In this document: in pieces, positions 17,751 through 25,300 of the stretch
Layout of the letters: each line of letters begins with the position of its first letter
Numbering within the stretch: position 1 is the first letter of the stretch
Assembly: GCA_038322745.1 (NCBI GenBank)
Contig: JBBQGF010000002.1
Coordinates: 1 to 43,837, forward strand
DNA: 43,837 bases
Direction of reading: 5' to 3'
Source of the DNA: Minisyncoccia bacterium
GTDB lineage: Bacteria; Patescibacteriota; Minisyncoccia; Phycocordibacterales; UBA9973
Made by a program: the position numbers and the translations under genes
The notes under the pieces: model-generated
What the model was told of the DNA's origin: nothing
Seen by the model: only the letters and a program-made list of their open reading frames with translations
Databases searched by the model: none

Positions 17751-17787
17751 AAAAACTTCTGCTCACACAGAAGTTTTTTAATTTTTA
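17751..17787 (+). terminator. intrinsic terminator (likely riboswitch expression platform)
   Basis: Stem aacttctg / cagaagtt with loop ctcaca, followed by ttttttaattttt. The upstream segment gagcagga could pair with ctgctc as an anti-terminator. Confidence 0.65.
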
Positions 17788-17804
17788 TATAAAATAGTGA
17801 TTGG

Positions 17805-17909
17805 AGCCAGAATAGCTTCTCTTAGAGGACACGAATATTTTCCTGCTGGAAAATTTCTCTGCTCGGCCCGTCGGCCTGCGCAAGTTCCTATAATAGAACT
17901 ATTCTGGCT
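17805..17909 (+). repeat. structured intergenic element, copy B (long inverted-repeat stem plus two tip hairpins)
   Basis: Outer stem agccagaatag / ctattctggct, extended by tctcttagagga / tcctataataga with 2 mismatches. P2 is attttcc-tgct-ggaaaat. P3 is ggcc-cgtc-ggcc. Confidence 0.45.
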
Positions 17910-17936
17910 ACAATATAATTGAATTAAACACAACAC

Positions 17937-18440
17937 ATGCAAAATAAAAGATACATATTTATAGGGATAATAGTACTAATAATAATTAGCGGTTTTTTAT
18001 ATTTGAAAAAAGAAAATCAGATATCCTTAGTAATTCCTTATCAGCAAAACTATAATCAAGAAAAGATAGAAAATAAAATACCAGCCCCTGTAATAAATTT
18101 AAAGAAAATAGAAAATAAACAAGAAATATATAATACAAAGAAAATAAAGGTTGGATTAGTCGTTGAGGGGAAAGAATACAATATTGAAACAATAGAAGGA
18201 TCAACAGTTTTTGAAACGATGCTACAAATTAAAAATAATAGCACAGAAGATAACCATTTTGATTTTAAATACAGAGATACTGCAGGATTAGGAAGTTTTA
18301 TAAATGAAATTAATGGAGTTGCTGGAAAACCTGGTAAATATTGGATTTATTATGTGAATAATGTAAAAGCACAAATTGGTGTATCAAAATATATATTAAA
18401 TGAAGGGGATATTATTAATTGGAGCCAAGAAGGTATTTAA
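17937..18440 (+). CDS. membrane-anchored DUF4430 (transcobalamin beta-domain-like) protein
   Basis: 167 aa. N-terminal TM helix, then GSTVFETMLQ...GLGSFINEINGVAGKPGKYWIYYVNNVKAQIGVSKYILNEGDIINW, the DUF4430 pattern shared with the C-terminal domain of transcobalamin/intrinsic factor. Confidence 0.75.
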   Translation: MQNKRYIFIGIIVLIIISGFLYLKKENQISLVIPYQQNYNQEKIENKIPAPVINLKKIENKQEIYNTKKIKVGLVVEGKEYNIETIEGSTVFETMLQIKNNSTEDNHFDFKYRDTAGLGSFINEINGVAGKPGKYWIYYVNNVKAQIGVSKYILNEGDIINWSQEGI

Positions 18441-18444
18441 AATT

Positions 18445-20601
18445 ATGAAAAAAAATATTTACAAAAAGTTTATTATTTTAGGGATACTAAGTTTTGTTTT
18501 ATTAGGTTTTAATTCTGTTTTTGCAGAAGACGATATAACTCCACCTGTTATTACTCTGAATGGTGCAAGTAGTATCTCTATATTTGTAAATGAAAATTAT
18601 ACAGACCCTGGAGCAACTGCTATAGATAATATAGATGGAAATATAACTTCAAGTATCCTAAAAAGTGGAAATGTAGATTCTAGTATTATAGGAATTTATA
18701 CGATTACATATGATGTTTCAGATACAGCTTCAAATAATGCACAAACAATCAAAAGGATAGTAGAAGTAAAACCAAAACCAAAAGCAGAATTTATAATTCG
18801 TAATGGGGATTCTATTATATATAATGGTTTTATAGAGCTTCCTTCTATTGGAACTATTAAAATTCCTGATAAAGATGAAGTTGAACATAATATAGATTCT
18901 CGTAGTGTACTTGCTCTTCTTTATACTATTGATCAGAACAGAGATGAATTTTTGATTCCCGACTTAGAATATAATAGTGGGTTTGGGTCTCTATATTTAA
19001 AGTGTTTAATCCCTAAAGATACCGAAAGTCTTTGTAATGACTGGCAATATGTTGTGAATAATAAATATCCATCTGTAGGTATGGATAAAAATTCTTTATC
19101 TGGGGATGAGAAGATTTATATTTATTTTGGACCACAAAACAAAATATTACTTAATAAAAACTCTATAAATACAGAAGAAAATTTAACTGTAACATCTCAA
19201 AAATATGACTATGAAAATAATCTTTGGCTGGTTCGTACTGGGGTAACTATTGGAGTTACAAAACCAGATCCAAACAATTCTTGGTCTCCCAATGATGATA
19301 TAAAATCAAAAGTAGATGATACTTCAGGAGTAGTGACTTTTTTATCAATAACTGAAGGAGAATATGATGTTGGAGTAAAAGAAGATTATTATTGGCCAAC
19401 AGAGAAACTTATTGTAATTAAAAAGGTTTTAGAAAATAATGGTTCAGGTGGTGGAGGTTCTACTCCTATTTCAATAGAAAAAATATTTTCTATTCAGAAT
19501 GCTTTAAATTTTATTTCTTCAAAACAAAAAAATGATGGGTCATTTGGGTCCGATATATATACTGACTGGGCCGCGATAGCAGCATCAGCAGGAAATTCAT
19601 ATACACTTAAATCAAGTATTTTAAATTATTTAAAATCAAATCCAATAGATTCATCTATTTTGACTGATAATGAGAGACGAGCAATGGCACTCATGGCTCT
19701 CGGTGTGAATCCTTACAATGGGACAGATATAAATTATATTAAAAAAATTGTTGATAGTTTTGATGGAATACAATTTGGAGATATGTCATTAATCAATGAT
19801 GATGTATTTGCATTAATAGTGCTTTCAAATGCAGGATATAATAGTAATGATGAAATAATTAAAAAAGATATAAATTATTTAATATCTAAACAATCATCTA
19901 GTGGAGGATGGGGTAGTGTTGATATGACAGCCGCTGGAATTGAGGCATTGAGAAGTTTCAGTGGATTAGATGGTTTAACAAACTCTATTTCAATTGCAGA
20001 AAATTATTTAATTTCAAATCAAAATATAAATGGTGGTTTTGATAATTCTTTTTCAACTTCTTGGGTACTTCAATCTATAACAAAAGAAATAAACATATTA
20101 AAAGCGAAAAACTATTTAGCTAATAATCAACAAGTAGATGGAGGACTTGAAAATGTTTCAACAGATATAGATACTAGAGTTTGGGCTACCTCATATGCAA
20201 TACCAGCTATTCTTCATATGTCTTGGAATGATATATTGAATGATTTTTCAAAACCAGAAGAAGTTTCAACTGCATTATCAGATATAAAAAAAGAAGAAAT
20301 TAAAAATATTGTAGTTGAACCAGTAATAATAATTGAAGAAAAGAAAAAAGAAGTTAAAATTGCAGAAAATAAAGAAGAAAATAAAAGTACTATTAAAACA
20401 GTTCAAATAATAAAGAGAAATAAAGTAAAAATTAAACAAAATGATTCTTCATTAACTACTCAAATTTCAGATTATACCCTTAATCAAATGGCCTCTGCTG
20501 GTTCATTGGTTACTCCAGTACCTAATATAATTATATCTACTTTAAATCACATATGGGTTTATATAAAATTACCTTTTATTTGGTTTTGGAGCTTTCTCTA
20601 A
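18445..20601 (+). CDS. large secreted multidomain protein: Ig-like (DUF5011-type) + DUF4430 + Ig-like + prenyltransferase-like alpha/alpha toroid + K/E-rich linker + C-terminal hydrophobic anchor
   Basis: 718 aa from the ATG at 18445, with signal peptide MKKNIYKKFIILGILSFVLLGFNSVFA. The DUF5011-type domain reads ITLNGASSISIFVNENYTDPGATAIDNIDGNIT. The second DUF4430 domain reads GFGSLYLKCLIP...WQYVVNNKYPSVGMDKNSLSGDEKIYIYFG. Toroid repeats include QKNDGSFG, SSGGWGS, NINGGFD and QVDGGLE. C-terminus IWVYIKLPFIWFWSFL. Confidence 0.7.
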   Translation: MKKNIYKKFIILGILSFVLLGFNSVFAEDDITPPVITLNGASSISIFVNENYTDPGATAIDNIDGNITSSILKSGNVDSSIIGIYTITYDVSDTASNNAQTIKRIVEVKPKPKAEFIIRNGDSIIYNGFIELPSIGTIKIPDKDEVEHNIDSRSVLALLYTIDQNRDEFLIPDLEYNSGFGSLYLKCLIPKDTESLCNDWQYVVNNKYPSVGMDKNSLSGDEKIYIYFGPQNKILLNKNSINTEENLTVTSQKYDYENNLWLVRTGVTIGVTKPDPNNSWSPNDDIKSKVDDTSGVVTFLSITEGEYDVGVKEDYYWPTEKLIVIKKVLENNGSGGGGSTPISIEKIFSIQNALNFISSKQKNDGSFGSDIYTDWAAIAASAGNSYTLKSSILNYLKSNPIDSSILTDNERRAMALMALGVNPYNGTDINYIKKIVDSFDGIQFGDMSLINDDVFALIVLSNAGYNSNDEIIKKDINYLISKQSSSGGWGSVDMTAAGIEALRSFSGLDGLTNSISIAENYLISNQNINGGFDNSFSTSWVLQSITKEINILKAKNYLANNQQVDGGLENVSTDIDTRVWATSYAIPAILHMSWNDILNDFSKPEEVSTALSDIKKEEIKNIVVEPVIIIEEKKKEVKIAENKEENKSTIKTVQIIKRNKVKIKQNDSSLTTQISDYTLNQMASAGSLVTPVPNIIISTLNHIWVYIKLPFIWFWSFL

Positions 20602-20742
20602 TTCTGCTATAATGAAAGAACGAATCCGTTAGAATTCACGATTATGGGAAACGGAAAATTATTGTTGGAATCATTATAAATTAATAAAAAGCAAGTATTG
20701 GTCTTATTAAAAAAATAGCGACCATGACACGCTTCTAACAGG

Positions 20743-21120
20743 ATGAAAATTAAATTTATTATATTTGTTGTTGTAGTAGTCTTATTTGTTGGAGGTTTAG
20801 GTTTTTATATGAGTAAAAAAGGTGTAGGACCTGCTAATCTAGATGGATTTGCTAAATGCCTCAAAGATAATGGGGCAGAATTTTATGGAACATTTTGGTG
20901 TCCTCATTGTCAGGACCAAAAGAAATTATTTGGAACAGCTAAATCCTCATTACCATACATCGAGTGCTCCACACCAGATGGAAAAGAGCAAAACCAAGTC
21001 TGTAAGGATAAAAAGATAGAAGGTTATCCAACTTGGATTTTTAAAGATGGGACACAACTTTCTGGAAAACAATCACTCCAAACATTAGCAGATAAAACAC
21101 AATGTGTACTTCCTAAATAA
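20743..21120 (+). CDS. membrane-anchored thioredoxin-like protein (CPHC), of the type fused to bacterial VKOR
   Basis: 125 aa. N-terminal TM helix, FYGTFWCPHCQDQKKLFG and GYPTW motifs. Confidence 0.75.
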   Translation: MKIKFIIFVVVVVLFVGGLGFYMSKKGVGPANLDGFAKCLKDNGAEFYGTFWCPHCQDQKKLFGTAKSSLPYIECSTPDGKEQNQVCKDKKIEGYPTWIFKDGTQLSGKQSLQTLADKTQCVLPK

Positions 21121-21121
21121 T

Positions 21122-21682
21122 ATGCCAGCATACGTAGAAATAATTAATAAGCTTTTATCACTTGGGACAATATTCCTTCAGGTAGTTATTTTATCTATTT
21201 TAATTGGACTTATTTTTTTTCGTAAAAGAGAAAATCCATATTTATTATTTTTTAAAAAATATACTTTTATTCTCGGATTCCTCTCGGGGTTAGGTGCATT
21301 TATACTCTCAATATTTTATTCTGAAATAATTGGATTTCCTGTATGTGAACTTTGTTGGATACAAAGAATATTCTTGTATCCACAATTAATTTTATTTGGA
21401 ATGGAATTATACAAGCGGGATAAATCAATGGTTGATTTTTCTCTAGTTTTTGCAACTATCGGTTCACTTATGTCTATATATCATGTATATGTAGAAAATG
21501 GTGGAACATCAGGACTTTCTTGCGCAACTGGTACTTCATTATCTGGAGCAAATCAAGCATCTTGTGCAGTTCGTTATATATACGAATTTGGTTATATAAC
21601 AATGCCGATAATGGCACTAACACTATCTCTTTTTATAATTATTATTTTAGTAAATTATAAGTATATTACTAAAGTTAAATAA
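21122..21682 (+). CDS. DsbB/BdbC-family disulfide bond formation protein (5-TM variant)
   Basis: 186 aa from the ATG at 21122. First Cys pair CELCWIQRIFLYPQ matches the BdbC signature. Second pair is SCATGTSLSGANQASC. There is an extra N-terminal TM helix. Confidence 0.75.
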   Translation: MPAYVEIINKLLSLGTIFLQVVILSILIGLIFFRKRENPYLLFFKKYTFILGFLSGLGAFILSIFYSEIIGFPVCELCWIQRIFLYPQLILFGMELYKRDKSMVDFSLVFATIGSLMSIYHVYVENGGTSGLSCATGTSLSGANQASCAVRYIYEFGYITMPIMALTLSLFIIIILVNYKYITKVK

Positions 21683-21782
21683 TTTTATTTTTATATTTTT
21701 TTTAATATTAAATAATAATTATTTAATTATCAAATATCATTAAACTGAGGTATTGTAAATTAATAAAATATTATTTAAATTT

Positions 21783-22208
21783 ATGCTTTACGAAAAAATA
21801 GAAAAAAATGAAAGTGACATTGTTTTTGTTTACACAACTTTTAAAAATATAGAAGATGCAAGGTCAGTAGGGTATATGGCAATAGAAGAAAAACTTGCTA
21901 TTTCTGCTGATTATTGGGTTATTAATTCTATTTATCCATGGCAAGGAGTTATCCAAGAAGCAGGTCAATGTATGCTTATGTTTACAACCGAGCATTTGAT
22001 AAGCGAAGAATTAGTTAAATATATTGAAGCGAACCATCCTTATAATATACCTATGGTAATAAGAAGTGAAACATCACTTGTAAACTCTGCATATAAACTT
22101 TGGGTTAATAATACGTTAAGTAAGAAAGAAAAATATATAACTGAAGAAGAACAAGCCTTAAAAGAAGAAAAAGAAACTGCTGGGTATGGATATAGTAAAC
22201 TAAAGTGA
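21783..22208 (+). CDS. cutA: CutA1 divalent-cation tolerance protein with C-terminal K/E-rich extension
   Basis: 141 aa. VFVYTTF...EEKLAISADY..INSIYPWQGVIQEAGQCMLMFTT...HPYNIPMVI matches the CutA fold pattern. Confidence 0.8.
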   Translation: MLYEKIEKNESDIVFVYTTFKNIEDARSVGYMAIEEKLAISADYWVINSIYPWQGVIQEAGQCMLMFTTEHLISEELVKYIEANHPYNIPMVIRSETSLVNSAYKLWVNNTLSKKEKYITEEEQALKEEKETAGYGYSKLK

Positions 22209-22290
22209 TTTATAATTATTAGTAATAAATTTAAAATAAAATTTTAACATAAACTGATTAATAATTAAATTAATATGATATAATATTAAC

Positions 22291-24054
22291 ATGCATCTTG
22301 ATGAGGCAACAATATTAAAACTCCTAGATACTTCTGGCTTAGTAAACAAAAAAGATGTTGCTATGGCACAAAAAAAAGCAAAAGAAACTAATCAGACATT
22401 AGGTTCTGTTTTAATGAGTGATGGAAAATTAACTGAAAAAGATTGGAATAGTATGCAAGCTTTTTCTTTAGGCATTCCTTTTGTCAGTTTAAAAGGAGTA
22501 CATATAGATATTGATGTTTTAAATTTAATACCTGAACCTATTGCCCGTAATAATAATATTATTGCTTATAATAAAGGAGCTCAAGGTCTCGAAGTTGCAA
22601 TGCTTGATGTTGATAATCTTCCTGTTATTGATTTTATAAAAAAGAAAGTTGGAATTCGAATACTTCCTCGTATGACAAGTTCTGATTCCATAAAGGAAGC
22701 ACTTTCTCTTTATAAAAAAAGTTTACAAGCTGATTTTGAAGATATTATAAAAAAAGAAACTGGTTCATTAAAACCAGTTGTAGATAGCTTTCCTTTTGGA
22801 GAAAAAAATAATACTAGTGAGAAAACTGAAAAAGAGCTAGCTGAGGATTTACCTATAGTAAAGATTGTAGATACTCTTGTTTCTCATGCTATATCACAAG
22901 GTTCTTCTGATATCCATATTGAACCAGGGGAAGACTCATTAATTGTTAGATATCGCATAGATGGAATTTTGCATGATGCTATGGTACTTCCAAAAGATAC
23001 TGCTCCTGGAATAGTTGCTCGCATAAAAGTTCTTTCAAATTTAAAACTAGATGAGAAACGTTTACCCCAAGATGGTAGATTTAAAATTGTAAACGACCTA
23101 GGTAGAGTTTCATTTCGTGTCTCTACTCTACCTACATATTTTGGTGAGAAAACAGTTATTCGTATATTGAGAGAAAATGCAAAGGGTTTTTCCCTTGAAG
23201 GTCTTGGTTTCCATGGTGAAGCACTTGAGAGAATTCATAGAGGAATGAAAAAACGTAATGGAATGCTATTAACAGCTGGACCTACTGGTTCTGGTAAAAC
23301 AACAACTCTCTATACAATGCTTGATATATTAAATACACCAGATGTAAATATTTCTACAGTAGAGGATCCTATCGAATATCAAATGGCTAGAATAAATCAA
23401 ACTCAAACAAAAGCAGAAATTGGATTAACTTTTGCGAATGGTCTTCGAACTCTTCTTCGTCAAGACCCAGATATAATAATGGTAGGAGAGATTCGTGATG
23501 GAGAGACAGCTAGTCTTGCAGTTAATGCTTCTCTAACTGGACACCTTGTTTTATCTACTATCCATACTAATTCTGCAGCTGGTGCTATCCCACGTATGGT
23601 AGATATGGGAGTTGAGCCATTTCTAATCGTTTCTACTGTGAAAACTGTTATAGCCCAACGTTTAGTTCGTAAACTTTCAGAAGAAAAAGAACAATACTTT
23701 TTAAGTGAGGGAGAAATGTTAGCTCTTAAAAAAGTTGTCAATTTAGATATAGTTCTCGAATCTCTTAAAAAAGAAAAAATAGTAGAAGAAAATATAACTT
23801 GGGAAAAAATACCATTTTACAGACCAAAACCAAATAAAGATTCACCTGATGGATATAAAGGACGAGTTGGAATTCATGAAGTACTTGAGGTTAGTTCAAC
23901 TATAAAAGAGATGATATTAAAAAGTGCTCCAACTGATGATATTGAAGCAAAAGCAAAAGAAGAGGGAATGATGACGATGTTAGAAGATGGAATATTTTTA
24001 GTAGCGAGTGGAGTAACTTCAACAGAAGAAGTGTTACGTGTGGTTTCAGAATAA
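22291..24054 (+). CDS. pilB: type IV pilus / type II secretion assembly ATPase (PilB/GspE family)
   Basis: 587 aa. N-terminal GspE_N-like domain, Walker A GPTGSGKTTT, Asp box, Walker B IIMVGEIRD, His box LVLSTIHTN. The protein contains no cysteine at all. Confidence 0.9.
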   Translation: MHLDEATILKLLDTSGLVNKKDVAMAQKKAKETNQTLGSVLMSDGKLTEKDWNSMQAFSLGIPFVSLKGVHIDIDVLNLIPEPIARNNNIIAYNKGAQGLEVAMLDVDNLPVIDFIKKKVGIRILPRMTSSDSIKEALSLYKKSLQADFEDIIKKETGSLKPVVDSFPFGEKNNTSEKTEKELAEDLPIVKIVDTLVSHAISQGSSDIHIEPGEDSLIVRYRIDGILHDAMVLPKDTAPGIVARIKVLSNLKLDEKRLPQDGRFKIVNDLGRVSFRVSTLPTYFGEKTVIRILRENAKGFSLEGLGFHGEALERIHRGMKKRNGMLLTAGPTGSGKTTTLYTMLDILNTPDVNISTVEDPIEYQMARINQTQTKAEIGLTFANGLRTLLRQDPDIIMVGEIRDGETASLAVNASLTGHLVLSTIHTNSAAGAIPRMVDMGVEPFLIVSTVKTVIAQRLVRKLSEEKEQYFLSEGEMLALKKVVNLDIVLESLKKEKIVEENITWEKIPFYRPKPNKDSPDGYKGRVGIHEVLEVSSTIKEMILKSAPTDDIEAKAKEEGMMTMLEDGIFLVASGVTSTEEVLRVVSE

Positions 24055-24081
24055 TTATTTATATTATTAAACAATAAAAAA

Positions 24082-25296
24082 GTGAAATTTAAATTTAAAG
24101 AACAAAATAAAGAAGGAGAAACTATTGAAGGCATATCGGAATCACCTGATACATTTTCCTTAGCTCGAGAAATTAGAGAGAGAGGCAGTATTCCTATTTC
24201 AATTACAGAATTTAATGAAAATACTGTTAAGTCAATATTTTCTTTTAATTTTTTAGGAAAAGTTTCACTAGCAGAAAAAATAATGTTTACTAATAATCTA
24301 AGTGGAATGCTTACAGCTGGACTATCATTAACACGTGCACTTGGAGTTTTAGAAAAACAATCAACAAATAAAGTATTAAATAATATAATAAAAAGTCTTA
24401 TTGATGATATAAATAAAGGAGGAACTCTTTCTGCTGGTATGAAAAAATTCCCAAAAGTTTTTTCTGGGGTTTTTGTCTCGATGGTTCACTCAGGAGAAGA
24501 ATCAGGAGGACTTCCTCGTACGCTTACTGAAACTGGTATAACATTAAAAAAGACATACGATTTAAATAGAAAAATAAAAGGTGCTTTGATATACCCAAGT
24601 GTTATAATAGGCGCAATATTTATGATTGGTGTCTTGATGATGATTTATGTTGTTCCTACTTTAACCAAAACTTTTAAAGATTTAGGAACAGAATTACCTG
24701 CTTCTACTAAGTTTATTATTTTTATTTCAGATACATTAAGTGAACATTTTATACTATTTTCACTAGCTATTTTATCAATAATTTCTTCAGGTGTTTTATT
24801 TGCTAGACTTAAATTTACACAGAAATATTTTGACCTCTATATTTTAAAAGTTCCATTTTTAGGAGCACTTATCAAAGAAATGAATACAGCTCGTACAGCT
24901 CGTACACTTTCTTCATTATTGGGTTCAGGGGTTGATCTTTCAAGGTCTCTTAGTATAACTGAAGAAGTACTTCAAAATGTTCACTACAAAGAACTTATTC
25001 GTAAGTCTATAAATTCTATTGAAAAAGGAATTCCATTGTCTGTTGCTTTTAAAGAGAATACTAATTTATATCCTGTTATGGTTGGAGAAATGATAGAGGT
25101 CGGAGAAGAAACTGGAAAACTTTCAAGCATGTTGATGGATATAGCTACTTTCTATGAATCAGAAGTTGATGAAAAAACAAAAAATCTATCTGTTATTATT
25201 GAACCAGTATTAATGATTTTTATTGGAATAGCGGTAGGATTCTTTGCAATATCAATGATTAGTCCAATGTATTCAGTTATGGATAATGTTAATTAA
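24082..25296 (+). CDS. pilC: type IV pilus platform protein (PilC/GspF family)
   Basis: 404 aa, GTG start. Two GspF repeats and 3 TM segments. Directly follows pilB. Confidence 0.85.
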   Translation: MKFKFKEQNKEGETIEGISESPDTFSLAREIRERGSIPISITEFNENTVKSIFSFNFLGKVSLAEKIMFTNNLSGMLTAGLSLTRALGVLEKQSTNKVLNNIIKSLIDDINKGGTLSAGMKKFPKVFSGVFVSMVHSGEESGGLPRTLTETGITLKKTYDLNRKIKGALIYPSVIIGAIFMIGVLMMIYVVPTLTKTFKDLGTELPASTKFIIFISDTLSEHFILFSLAILSIISSGVLFARLKFTQKYFDLYILKVPFLGALIKEMNTARTARTLSSLLGSGVDLSRSLSITEEVLQNVHYKELIRKSINSIEKGIPLSVAFKENTNLYPVMVGEMIEVGEETGKLSSMLMDIATFYESEVDEKTKNLSVIIEPVLMIFIGIAVGFFAISMISPMYSVMDNVN

Positions 25297-25300
25297 TAAT

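Noticed and set aside
20605-20677. A roughly 73-nt segment with 8-bp ends tataatga / tcattata and an internal hairpin tccgtt...aacgga, upstream of the Trx-like gene. It looked tRNA-sized or riboswitch-like.
   Set aside because: It has no T-loop, D-loop or anticodon-arm geometry. I recognised no known riboswitch core. The 5' arm coincides with an extended -10 box (TGCTATAAT, 20605-20613), so it is probably not transcribed as part of an RNA stem. It is more likely a promoter plus an ordinary leader, though an operator palindrome cannot be excluded.
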